64,000 nucleotides of DNA from a virus (taxonomy: Duplodnaviria > Caudoviricetes). Where the stretch lies: positions 2,714-66,713 of IMG/VR virus record IMGVR_UViG_2932410948_000001; one strand, given 5' to 3'. Shown here one piece after another: positions 17,101 to 25,666 of this stretch. A program made the translations under genes and the position numbers. Positions within the stretch are counted from its first letter, which is position 1. Each line of letters starts with the position of its first letter. The notes beneath the pieces are model-generated. The model was given only the letters and a program-made list of their open reading frames with translations. It did not search any database and was not told the DNA's origin.

Positions 17101-19168
17101 GCACCCGGTCGTGCAGGAAGCGGTAACTGACGCCGCTGTTGCCCGCATCGGTGTCGCCATTGACGTATTTATAGCGCTCGTCGAGCGGCTGGATCAATCC
17201 CGCCCTGAGTGCCGGCCACAGGTCCTGCTGTGTTTGCCGGGGAGCGCGCTCCACTGCCAGCGCAAGCGTGTCGAGCGTGAAACGGTTGCCGCTGGAGGCG
17301 GCCAGTTGCAGCAGATGCTGCGTTATTGCGGGCAGGCGGCGGATTTTTTCCAGCAGCACCTCGACCACGTTGTCGGTGTATTTGGCCTGTTCAATCGCGG
17401 GCAGGTCCCAGTCCCAGCAATCGTCGGCGGCCCGGTAGCGCAGATGCCCTGTCTCATTGAGCGCAGCGAGGAACTGGTTGAGGAAAAAGGGATTGCCTGC
17501 CGTCTTGCGGTAGCAAATGCTGGTCAGTGGCGCGCAATCGGGGGCCGCCACGCGCACGGTGGCCGAAATCATTTGCGCTACCTGCGGCTCGGTCAGCGCG
17601 TTCAGCAATAGCGTCGACAGGCGTACGTCACGCGCGAGCAGCTTGTCGCGCAGCGCGATGAGCGGGTGCGCGGCGCCCACTTCGTTGTCGCGGTACGCGC
17701 CAATGACCAGCATGCAGCTCCTGTCGCAGGAGACCATGAGCCGTTCGATCATCCGCAGCGTGGCCGCATCGGCCCACTGCAGGTCGTCGAGGAACAGCAC
17801 CAGAGGATGCCCGGCGCAGGCGAAGACTTCGACGAAGCGGGGGAACAGCCGGTCCAGGCGCAGCTGGGCTTGTGCCGGCGCCGACGCGGGCATCGCGTCG
17901 GTGGGGCCGACGATCAAGGCCAGTTGGGGAATCAGCTCGACGATCACGCCCACTCCGCTGCCCAGGGCCTGGTGCAGTTTTGCGGACCACTGCCGCAGCG
18001 TTTCCTCGGGCTGGCCGAGCAACTGGCGCACCAGCCCCTGGAAGGCCTGGATCAGCGAGGCGTACGGCACGTCGCGCTGGAGCTGGTCAAATTTGCCCGA
18101 CAAGAAACAGCCGCGCCGGGCGATGATGGGCTTTTGCACTTCGTTGACGACCGCCGACTTGCCGATACCCGAATGGCCGGCCACCAGCAGCATCTCGCAC
18201 GTGCCTGCGGCACTGCGTTCAAACGCCGCCAGCAGCACGGCGATGGCATCCTCGCGCCCATGCAGCGTTTGCGGAACGAGAAAGCGGCCGTTGTGGTCGG
18301 ACAGTTTGAGCGCTTGCGCCGGCTTGTTCGCGCGGCATGCTTCGAGGTCGCTGCGCAAGCCTTGCAGGCTCTGATAGCGTTGATCGGCATTTTTTTCCAG
18401 CAGCCGCTGGATGATCGGCAGCAGCTGGCCAGGCAAGTCTGCGAACGCCGGGTGCGACCAGTCAGGACTGCGCGCAATGTGGCAATGCACGAGTTCCATT
18501 TCATCGCCCGCCTCGAACGGCGCCTGGCCGGCCAGCAGTTCGTAGAAGGTGGCGCCGAGGGCATAGAAATCGGCGCGCCAATCGACTCGCCGGTTCATGC
18601 GCCCGGTCTGTTCCGGCGCCATGTAACGCAGCGTGCCTTCCAGTGTCTGGAGATTGACGATGCCATGGCTTTCAGAGGGCAGTTCACAGGCGATGCCGAA
18701 ATCGATCAGCTGCAGCAGGCGCCGGTTATCGTTCCACACCAGATTGGAGGGATTGATATCCTTGTGGATTACGCCATGGCGATGGACCTCGTCCAGCGCC
18801 GCGCACAGTTGCAGCGCGATGTCGAAAAAATCGTCCAGCGCCAATGCGGCCTGCGACGGTGTCCTGCGCGCCGCCACCTGCGCGCGCAATACCTGGTCAA
18901 GCGCCAGGCCGCCGGCATCTTCCTGAATCATCGTCCAGTGCCCGCCGTGCAGCTGCAGTGCCAGCGGACGCGCCACGCCCGGATGGCGGCAGCGGCGCGC
19001 GATCGCATACTCGCGCTTGAATTGTGCCAGTTGCTGAAATGAGGGGAACTGCTGATTCGGCATCTTGACGATCAGCGCCGTGCCATCGGCGGCCCTGGCG
19101 CGGTAAACCCGCGAGCGGGCACCGCGGTGCAGCTGATTGATGATCTCGTGGTCGAAAAGGGAGCGCAT
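14126..19168 (-). CDS. Ser/Thr kinase-like + AAA ATPase + helical repeat + GAF + GGDEF diguanylate cyclase
   Basis: HKDINPSN/IDFG kinase motifs; Walker A GHSGIGKS; Walker B LFLDDLQWAD; GAF (MCLPIRHGG..GILYFEN); RAGD I-site and RYGGEEF. Probable start MRSLFD. Confidence 0.92.
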   Translation of the reverse strand: MRSLFDHEIINQLHRGARSRVYRARAADGTALIVKMPNQQFPSFQQLAQFKREYAIARRCRHPGVARPLALQLHGGHWTMIQEDAGGLALDQVLRAQVAARRTPSQAALALDDFFDIALQLCAALDEVHRHGVIHKDINPSNLVWNDNRRLLQLIDFGIACELPSESHGIVNLQTLEGTLRYMAPEQTGRMNRRVDWRADFYALGATFYELLAGQAPFEAGDEMELVHCHIARSPDWSHPAFADLPGQLLPIIQRLLEKNADQRYQSLQGLRSDLEACRANKPAQALKLSDHNGRFLVPQTLHGREDAIAVLLAAFERSAAGTCEMLLVAGHSGIGKSAVVNEVQKPIIARRGCFLSGKFDQLQRDVPYASLIQAFQGLVRQLLGQPEETLRQWSAKLHQALGSGVGVIVELIPQLALIVGPTDAMPASAPAQAQLRLDRLFPRFVEVFACAGHPLVLFLDDLQWADAATLRMIERLMVSCDRSCMLVIGAYRDNEVGAAHPLIALRDKLLARDVRLSTLLLNALTEPQVAQMISATVRVAAPDCAPLTSICYRKTAGNPFFLNQFLAALNETGHLRYRAADDCWDWDLPAIEQAKYTDNVVEVLLEKIRRLPAITQHLLQLAASSGNRFTLDTLALAVERAPRQTQQDLWPALRAGLIQPLDERYKYVNGDTDAGNSGVSYRFLHDRVQQAAYLVVDAATRVANHLLIGRLLLRHTAPERQDETLFDIVEQLNAGRALIGDAGERVQLATLNLQAGVKARRSAAFQSTLEHMRIGLDLLPADAGNVHAGLWLELQLGAAEAAYLCGQFDVAEAIYPLVRARALNSLQQVRCIAIQAHQYQLQGRLLDAIAVQRDGLAQLDIDIPHDVAHMKARFNDILADIGRQRGAHAPTTLLEAGDMCEPDAVAAMQMMQGLWMASYYAGQQDLSALMVVSMTRLSMQRGNSDFSAVAYVGYAMMLALYSGDVVRGYDFGAMAMALARRRANLQTRTLTGLMFGALSNHWTQPLRGSDALYEEAFGWALEIADFVQVGVVAAVRATDRIILGDYLPHLMHDIEHDLALMRANGQQAMADCCVAAAVQPIKCLMGLLPRHDSYDDATFSEARFLAQYGDSHLYRAYFLQGKIRNAYLFDGADAELLAGQLGIVTQIMRGQAKVAECSFYAALILIRACRRAPARADTRDMLTVIGTLQASLTEWARQGSDNSDAKHLLVMAEMARYREDLPLATRLYQQAIDAASLAGYVNMQALGNELCGECWHDQGQARVAGVFISDAIAHYGQWGAEGKVAQLQRRHAALLSRMDGRSTQRHSVSHTHGSSALDLVSLLKAAQILSNEVGLRNVLTRLISIVCENAGGQVARLLLLSEGSYRLEANIDGDATTVLQSRQINLNAASDPQFPLSLLRYVIRTGAEVIEDCITDASRFAADPYVQLQRPRAVMCLPIRHGGQIDGILYFENRLADASFTEERVAFLRMLGAQAMISISSARLHDSLERRVAERTEQLEDANRKLATLSITDGLTGLSNRRHFDDVLRTECARATRVGQPLAVMMLDVDYFKLFNDRHGHQAGDTCLVRVAQALAAGMRRAGDLTARYGGEEFSIVLPNTGTDEAQQIGEALRRAIEDLGIVHASTQTQQVTISVGIAIQLAPGAADPDALLRLADAALYQAKDAGRNCVVQRILPPA

Positions 19169-19297
19169 GGGCTGGGCTTGGCAGTACACAGACAGTTGCG
19201 GGAGCCCTGAGGCGCACATTTCGGAATATTAGTTGATTGTTAGTATTATATCAGTAGGGAGTCGTGTGGGAGGGAGCGGGGCGATGGGGTTTGTTGT

Positions 19298-19322
19298 AAA
19301 AACGCCAGCGGGGGCGCTGGCG
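19298..19322 (-). terminator. Intrinsic terminator downstream of PLC-fragment gene
   Basis: Minus strand CGCCAGCG-cccc-CGCTGGCG-TTTTT. Confidence 0.6.
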
Positions 19323-19429
19323 AGTACGGGGTGTGGGAATTGATCGAGATGATGGTACGGCCCTGCGGCGCACCCCCGCATCGGGTTGACTATGCGCCGC
19401 AGTCTTATCAATTCAGGCTCACTTTTGAG

Positions 19430-20167
19430 TTATGAGCGTCCCAGGGACGGGTCGCTCACGGAGTCCTTGCCATTCTCGATTCGCCCGGCGACGCGGCGCC
19501 GGAAAGTTTTCTGGGTACTGCAGGTAACCGAGAAGTCATACCAGTTGCCGCTGTTGGCCAGGGACCAGTGAAATGATCCCACCTCACCGGCGGCTACCTC
19601 GATTGTCCAGGGGCCATCGCTTCGATATGCTTCTGCTGATATTGTGAATAAGCAACGGGCGCTGCTTTTGTTGTGCAGTTTGAGCGCGAGTTCAGTGGGA
19701 CTGCACGTCATATAGCAGACCTGAATTTCCGGACCTCTAGTATCCCCCTGTTCCTTGAGGTCGCCAATAAAGTGGCGATGAAATCCGTTGGGACCGAGCA
19801 CCCACAGGCGGTACGAACCGCCATCGGACGCAACTTCCCAACTGCCCTCCAGCGTCTTGCCGGCCTCTACGACGTAGTGCCGCGGGATCCTATCTAGATC
19901 CAACTCGTCGTACACGTGAAACACTGCGCCAGCCTGGTTACTGCTGTCGTTGGCAAATACCAGCGTTACTTTTTTTGCGCCGGAGTCGGCGCGAGCGGTC
20001 ACATGTAAAACATAGGGCAGGGCACGCGATGGACGGGTGCCACCAGCCTGCACCGGCAATTTGGCGGTTGTAGAAGCCAACGGTCTCGCCAGCGTGCGTG
20101 CTCTGCTCTGGCTTAGCGCCAGCGCATCCACATCTGCTTTGCTGCCATGCCCGGTGAGCGTAGGCAA
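19430..20167 (-). pseudogene. C-terminal (DUF756 x2) portion of a non-haemolytic phospholipase C; phosphoesterase domain absent
   Basis: GTRPSRALPYVLHV, GAVFHVYD, YRLWVLGPNGFHRHF, GNWYDFSV, RRVAGRIENGKDSVSDP are PlcN C-terminal motifs. The frame starts at a TTG; the ATG with a good RBS (GGAGG) is out of frame. Confidence 0.7.
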
Positions 20168-20273
20168 TCATTATGCCTCCAAGGTGTACTCGCGCCGGAT
20201 TATTCCTGCTCATCAGTACACTTGAAAGATCGTGACGTCGACATCAATTTCAAGAGGTGTTGTGCAAGTAATG

Positions 20274-20295
20274 TTGGCGTAACCTTTGGCGTAAC
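20274..20295. repeat. Tandem TTGGCGTAAC repeats (putative integrase arm-type sites)
   Basis: TTGGCGTAAC at 20274 and 20286; same core at 21646, 21657 and inverted at 21850. Confidence 0.55.
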
Positions 20296-20372
20296 TTTCA
20301 AAATTTACTGATGATTCCCATAGGGGAAAGGTAATGTTGCATCATCAGCCTGTGTTGCCTCTCTATATCGGC

Positions 20373-20984
20373 CTACAACGTTACGGCTTCCGAAATTCCT
20401 GGAGGCAACGTTACATTTCGTGTCGAAGTGTCTTTCCAAAAGATACGGTACTCTTGTTGCCAGCTGTCTTTAGATGATTTCAAAAAATGGTTTCGCTGAT
20501 GGTCAATCGTGTATTTGCACGGTCCCATTTTGCTAATCAGCCCGACTTGCTCATCAATCACAGCTTTCAGTCGGTGGACATCGAGAATTCGAACGCAGCA
20601 AGTCTTTCCGAATCGCCGCATGATTTCCGCATCCATGTTGTCGCAAAAAGACAGGATTGCACCATCTTCATGGAACCTCCTAGCGTTCACGAAATCTGGT
20701 ATCGGCACTCCGTTAACAGTGCAACCTTTGAACGTGACACCGCCACGGATCTGAGGGTTCTTCCCGAAGATAAAGTCTGGGAGCTGATGTAGGTCAAATG
20801 TTGATTCATGAATCAAGTTTTCGTCGGGAGTCATCGTGCCCTCGCGGACGTCACTGAGATACGAGCTTGCGGCAGTGATTGGAATTTCACCACCGTGAAT
20901 CCATGCGTGTTGCCACTCAGGCTTAGTTAAGTAAAGATATTTTTGCAAGCTGCGCCTCTTGGGAAATTGCATTAAAGAAAACAT
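20373..20984 (-). CDS. AT-rich hypothetical cargo protein (weak DUF2971-like motif)
   Basis: 203-aa ORF with C-terminal FLK...W.QEYRI motif; lower GC than the host. Confidence 0.6.
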   Translation of the reverse strand: MFSLMQFPKRRSLQKYLYLTKPEWQHAWIHGGEIPITAASSYLSDVREGTMTPDENLIHESTFDLHQLPDFIFGKNPQIRGGVTFKGCTVNGVPIPDFVNARRFHEDGAILSFCDNMDAEIMRRFGKTCCVRILDVHRLKAVIDEQVGLISKMGPCKYTIDHQRNHFLKSSKDSWQQEYRIFWKDTSTRNVTLPPGISEAVTL

Positions 20985-20987
20985 ATC

Positions 20988-21629
20988 TTAAGGCTTTGCA
21001 ATAGTCAAGAAATACGCTGCAGAGGAGGGTGGGTAGGCGACCGCCACGGCCTGGCTCTTCGTCGTCACAGGCTCCTCGGTGAAGCCAAGTGCGTTGCACA
21101 GGCGCTCGATTTCATCCTCGGTGGGAATGCGTTCGCGGGAGGCGGCTGGCTTGGGGCGGCGCACGTCGCTGGTCGGACTGGCGGCAAGCCATTTCCATTC
21201 CCTGCGCGCAGTCGTAAACACGTGGGAAAGCAAGTTCAGCTCGCGATTCACGGTGGCGCCTGTGACCTTGCTTTCCCCGTTCATGCGCTGGTCGCGCCAG
21301 GCGCCGAGCAGTTCAGGTGTCACGTTGGCCAGCTTGATATCTTTGATTTTCACGCCGCCAATGAGCACTTCGCCAATGGCATTGAGGCGCAGCCTCTCCC
21401 AGCGCTCGCCGCGCTTGTGGATGGAGACTTCTTCCAGATACCGGTCGAATGCGTCGCCGCAGCTTTTCCCGATGAGGATGCCACTGCCGGCGCCGCGCCG
21501 GATTTCGGTTTCGCGTTCCGACGCCCAGGCCGCAGCCTCGGCCTTGGTGCTGAATGTTTTAGATTCCCGTGTGCCGAGGATGGCGATTTCTGCCCGCCAA
21601 CCGCCAACCCGTTTCCTGAATGAAACCAT
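20988..21629 (-). pseudogene. Truncated tyrosine integrase (N-terminal and core-binding domains only)
   Basis: Aligns with integrase 63035..64000 (GATVNRELNLLSHVF..ARREWKWL..SPT.DV.RPK) but stops just before the AIETAMR catalytic Arg motif. Confidence 0.85.
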
Positions 21630-21716
21630 GCATCCCTCTCGTTGAGGCGTAATCATGGCGTAATCACTACTGGTTTTTGTCGGGTTTAATATGGAGCAAC
21701 AGGAATCTTGGGACGT

Positions 21717-21763
21717 AAAAAAGCCACTAACCCGTTGATCATATTGGGATTAATGGCTTTTTT
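21717..21763. terminator. Bidirectional hairpin terminator 3' of the tRNA-end sequence
   Basis: AAAAAAGCCA...TGGCTTTTTT inverted repeat. Confidence 0.65.
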
Positions 21764-21785
21764 GATGTTTCTGAATTCTGTGCGC

Positions 21786-21803
21786 TGGTGCCCGGAGCCG
21801 GAA
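21786..21803 (-). other. Prophage att core = duplicated 3' end of a tRNA (Leu-like)
   Basis: Reverse complement TTCCGGCTCCGGGCACCA is a T-arm/acceptor stem ending in CCA; no 5' tRNA half follows. Confidence 0.8.
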
Positions 21804-21880
21804 CCCAATAATGCTTAAAATCAGTCACTTGCATACAAGAATGGTAAATTTACGCCAATTAATCGCGTGCCGCTGCTGTC

Positions 21881-23182
21881 CTAATGCGCCAGAACCTTTG
21901 GCAACTCTTGCCAATTCGTAGTGTACCGCGGAGTGCGGTTTTCCGACAACATTGCCCAGCGCCTGACTATGCCTGCAGAACCAAGGTGTACCGTGTCGCG
22001 CCCGAACCGATCATTTAGGGAATCGAGGGCGGCCATGGCACGTACTGATCGAGCACGATCTTGGCCACCATCAAACAAGACGCCTTGGCGCTGGGTATCC
22101 GGCTGCAGATCCATCAGTATGATCCCGACTTTCTTGTATTTGAAACCATCGCGAAAAATCATGGCCAGGCCGTGCAGCGCGGCTCCGGCCAGAACGCGGT
22201 TATCGGCGCTGGGCTCGACCAGAGGGATGGTGATGCCGTTGGAGTATTGCTCGTCCTGCTCACGGAACCGGTTTGTTTGCACGAAAACATGAACGGCACC
22301 GCACAGAGAGTGCTGCCCGCGCAGCTTCTCGCCGGCGCGCGCGGCGTAGGTCGATATCGATTCGCCCAGCTCGGCCGCCGTCATGACCATGGCGCCGAAG
22401 GAGCGCGACGATACGATCTCCTTGCGCGGTGGCGCCACCTCTTCCAGCTCCAAGCAGGAAATACCTCGCAGCTCGTTACACGTGCGCTCGAGCACGACGC
22501 CAAAGTGCGCTCGCATGCTGCTGGGCGGTGCGTCCTTCAAGTCCTGAACGGTGTTGATGCCCATGGCCCGCAGCTTGGCGCTGATGCGCCGGCCGACGCC
22601 CCATACCTCGCCAACATCGATGCGCCGGAGAAGCCAGGCAGTGCGAGCCTCCGACATAGTCGTGAAGTCGGCAACGCTGTCGAACAGTGGAAATTTCTTT
22701 GCAACGTGGTTGGCCAGCTTGGCCAGTGTCTTCGACTGGCCCACACCCACGCATACGGGTAGGCTGGTCCACTGCGCCACTTTGGCGCGAATATCTTGCC
22801 CCATCACTGTCGGCGAGTCCCAAAGGCCGCCAAGGCCGTTCAGGCTGAGAAACGATTCATCGATCGAGTAGACCTCGACATTGGGGCTATAGGTCCGCAG
22901 GATGGTCATGATGCGGTTGCTCATATCCGCGTACAAAGTATAGTTTGACGATAAGCCAACTATCCCATGCTGGCGCGCCAGATCGCGCATCTGAAACCAG
23001 GGCGCCCCCATTGGCACGCCCAAGGCCTTCACCTCGTTAGACCTGGCCACGGCACAGCCGTCGTTATTCGACAAGACCACCACCGGACGGTCGCGCAAGC
23101 GGGGATTGAACGCACGTTCGCAGCTGACGTACATATTGTTGACGTCGACAAGAGCAAAAATCTGCTTGGTCGGGTCTCCCAT
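21881..23182 (-). CDS. umuC: Y-family DNA polymerase V subunit
   Basis: FALVDVNNMYVSCE, VVLSNNDGC, YSIDESF motifs; C-terminal DUF4113-like W.M......PRYTT.W. Confidence 0.95.
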   Translation of the reverse strand: MGDPTKQIFALVDVNNMYVSCERAFNPRLRDRPVVVLSNNDGCAVARSNEVKALGVPMGAPWFQMRDLARQHGIVGLSSNYTLYADMSNRIMTILRTYSPNVEVYSIDESFLSLNGLGGLWDSPTVMGQDIRAKVAQWTSLPVCVGVGQSKTLAKLANHVAKKFPLFDSVADFTTMSEARTAWLLRRIDVGEVWGVGRRISAKLRAMGINTVQDLKDAPPSSMRAHFGVVLERTCNELRGISCLELEEVAPPRKEIVSSRSFGAMVMTAAELGESISTYAARAGEKLRGQHSLCGAVHVFVQTNRFREQDEQYSNGITIPLVEPSADNRVLAGAALHGLAMIFRDGFKYKKVGIILMDLQPDTQRQGVLFDGGQDRARSVRAMAALDSLNDRFGRDTVHLGSAGIVRRWAMLSENRTPRYTTNWQELPKVLAH

Positions 23183-23183
23183 G

Positions 23184-23657
23184 TCACACCCGCAGCTTGC
23201 GCACGACGCCCGTCACCACGCCCCATATCTGTAGCTCGCTACCTTCGGTCAGGCAGATCGCCTTGTATGCTGGATTATCCGGACGCAGCTCCACTTTGCC
23301 CCGCTGGCAATACAGGCGCTTGAGGGTGTATTCGGCGTCGATGACGGCAATGACAATGTGGCCGTGCAACGGTGCGACGGAGCGGTCGACCACCACCTTG
23401 TCGCCATCCAGTATGCCGGCTTCGCGCATCGAGTCACCCTCGACCGTGAAAAAGAACGAGGCCGCCTTGTGCTGCACCAGCAGCGCATTCAGGTCCAGGC
23501 CATCCTCAGTATAGTCGGCGGCCGGCGACGGGAACCCAGCGGATATGCGATGGGAAATTTCCGGCCGCGCACTGGGGATAGGAAATTGAGCAAGCGGCAA
23601 AGGCACTTGCGATACACCAGGCTGGCTTGGTTGAGTAAATGTTAATGTTGCATTCAC
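23184..23657 (-). CDS. umuD: UmuD (S24 autopeptidase)
   Basis: ISAGFPSPAADY cleavage site, VEGDSM, YTLKRL, WGVV; likely GTG start at 23657. Confidence 0.92.
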   Translation of the reverse strand: MNATLTFTQPSQPGVSQVPLPLAQFPIPSARPEISHRISAGFPSPAADYTEDGLDLNALLVQHKAASFFFTVEGDSMREAGILDGDKVVVDRSVAPLHGHIVIAVIDAEYTLKRLYCQRGKVELRPDNPAYKAICLTEGSELQIWGVVTGVVRKLRV

Positions 23658-23667
23658 GGCTGGTCGA

Positions 23668-23687
23668 TACTGTGTTTTTATACAGTA
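23668..23687. promoter_or_regulatory. LexA (SOS) box
   Basis: taCTGtgtttttataCAGta (CTG-N10-CAG) directly upstream of umuD. Confidence 0.88.
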
Positions 23688-24286
23688 TATCGACCGAAGC
23701 AAGAAACAGGAAGTATAAAATTGTTTCTAGAAAAGTGAGTCCGGCGGGGCAGCCTCAGCCTTCGGCGCCGGTTTCGCTCTTGTACGAGGAGGCAAAGGAT
23801 CGGGCTGCGCGACAAGCAAATCTGCTGGATACTGTCGATGTACGTCCGCCTCGGCCACCTGAGTACCGTCAACCCGCCCTAGTACTGATCCAAGATAATT
23901 ACCATGGATTTTTCGACGTCAGACTTGTGGAGCGTTCGTCAGCCAAATTGCAGCAAGATGCTTAGAGCGTTGATGTAGCGCAGCATTGCATATGCAGGAA
24001 TGACACACGGACAGAATTTGCGCGACGCGGGATCGTTATCTGAGTTAAAATCAAAATTCTAAGACAAGCGGGCACCTCTAACTGTGACTGAAATGTGGCA
24101 GAAGCAGCTTCAAAAATTCATGCGATAAGCGAATGAAGAAGTCTCAAAGCTGTTATAAGCTTCCCGAAAATCCAGAAAATAATTATTCATTTGATAATAT
24201 TTCTCTGGATTGTTTGCTTGTTTGCAATACTTAAGTTGATAGAGTTTTAATTCTCCCTCAACATTGTAAAATTTCCGAGAAAATAT

Positions 24287-25093
24287 ATGGTCGCTGGAGT
24301 TCCAAAGCTAAAAAGTCAAGAAATTCATGAAGAGCTTGTGCTGTTACTCAATGAGATTCAAGTTAATGAATTTAAGCTTAAAAGCTATGAGCGGGACATA
24401 GAGCAATTATTTAAAATAAAAGCAATTGATCCGGCGCAATACCAGATGCTTTTTGCTATATTAAAATACAATGACAAAAAACGCATTCCAGCTATTGATC
24501 ATGCCAGGTCTGCAATTGCCCTTGCGCCTCGAAGCTACCCAGTTCTAGCAACGTGTATAGCTGTTTTTTGCGGCTTTGGCTGCGTTTTAGATGTAATCAG
24601 TTTAATTCATCGTCTGCTCGAAATTTCTCCAGATAGTAAAAAGAATTTAAGAAACCTAATCGGTTGCGCGCAAGACACGATGCAGCTCAAACTTGCAAAT
24701 AGTTTGCAAGAAAGGTACGAAAAATTGGCTATCAATGACGATATAGATAACACCAATTCGCCTGTAGATAAGTGGCTATCGTTATCGCTCGCCTACTCGC
24801 GCAATACCAATATTGCTGATGATTTTTATGCGGAACGTTTGATTGCGGCAGTAGGTGCAATTCGCAATTCAAATTTTGAGGTTCTTAGAACGACTTCACT
24901 AATATTGGAGGATGGGACTGTTTCGCTGCACTATCATATTGATGCAAGCCCAAAAGAATGCTCTCAAGTTAATTTTGCTATTGCGGACGCATTAGTGGAA
25001 AAATTTGATGATACTGGAATCGAACATTTCTCTATAGTATCTAGGCCCCTAACCGATCTTCATGAAATCAATAATTATAAAGACTCACAATGA
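24287..25093 (+). CDS. AT-rich protein with TPR-like helices and a C-terminal alpha/beta domain
   Basis: 268-aa ORF; AIDHARSAIALAP and LLEISPD are TPR-like; ATGA-coupled to the HEPN gene. Confidence 0.7.
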   Translation: MVAGVPKLKSQEIHEELVLLLNEIQVNEFKLKSYERDIEQLFKIKAIDPAQYQMLFAILKYNDKKRIPAIDHARSAIALAPRSYPVLATCIAVFCGFGCVLDVISLIHRLLEISPDSKKNLRNLIGCAQDTMQLKLANSLQERYEKLAINDDIDNTNSPVDKWLSLSLAYSRNTNIADDFYAERLIAAVGAIRNSNFEVLRTTSLILEDGTVSLHYHIDASPKECSQVNFAIADALVEKFDDTGIEHFSIVSRPLTDLHEINNYKDSQ

Positions 25094-25476
25094 GTATTTC
25101 TTACGTTGAGATAATTAATTCGGCATCACTTTATGCTGAAGGAGAACATGAGGTGGATTGGCGAAATGCAGCCTCTTGTGCTTACTATGCCGCATATCAT
25201 CGTGCGCACTTAAGTGTGTCGGTTTGTCCAGATAATTCGCATTTAAAAATGGGAAGCCATGAACGGCTGACCGAAAGATTCAACCTCCAAAAAACCACTC
25301 CTGCCAAGTCAATTTCCTATATTATCCAAGCAATGAAACGTCAGAGACATATTGCCGACTACGAAATTTCTGGACATTTTGTTAAATCAATTGGAATTAA
25401 TCAAGTTGCACAATTTGCAGCATTAGAAGAGCGACTGAAAGCGTTCGATATTTCTCACACTTCTAAAACCGCCTAG
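25090..25476 (+). CDS. HEPN-domain protein
   Basis: WRNAASCAYYAAYH, GSHERL and KRQRHIADY are characteristic HEPN motifs. Confidence 0.75.
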   Translation: MSISYVEIINSASLYAEGEHEVDWRNAASCAYYAAYHRAHLSVSVCPDNSHLKMGSHERLTERFNLQKTTPAKSISYIIQAMKRQRHIADYEISGHFVKSIGINQVAQFAALEERLKAFDISHTSKTA

Positions 25477-25666
25477 TTTCCCATTCTCAGTCCCGAGCAC
25501 CAGCGCCAAAGCGATCTCGTCGCATTTGGTCGCTGACGGTCCTGTTAAGAATTTAAAAAAGACCTACTGGTTCAGCCATCCTATCCCAGCTGTAAATAAT
25601 CAGCTCCTTCCGCTCCACCGCCTTGCCGCCACCACCCACGTTGTACTGGATGCCGGTCGTATCCAT

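Larger units (their letters stand above)
20270..21785. mobile_element. Remnant tRNA-associated island
   Basis: Truncated integrase directly beside the att core, flanked by arm-like repeats, with one AT-rich cargo gene. Confidence 0.6.

Noticed and set aside
21786-21803. Complete tRNA gene
   Set aside because: Only the last 18 nt are present; adjacent sequence does not form D or anticodon arms. Treated as an att core.
23639-23965. ORF next to umuD as a possible SOS-associated peptidase (SRAP)
   Set aside because: No N-terminal MCGR or other SRAP motifs; it overlaps the SOS box and umuD promoter.
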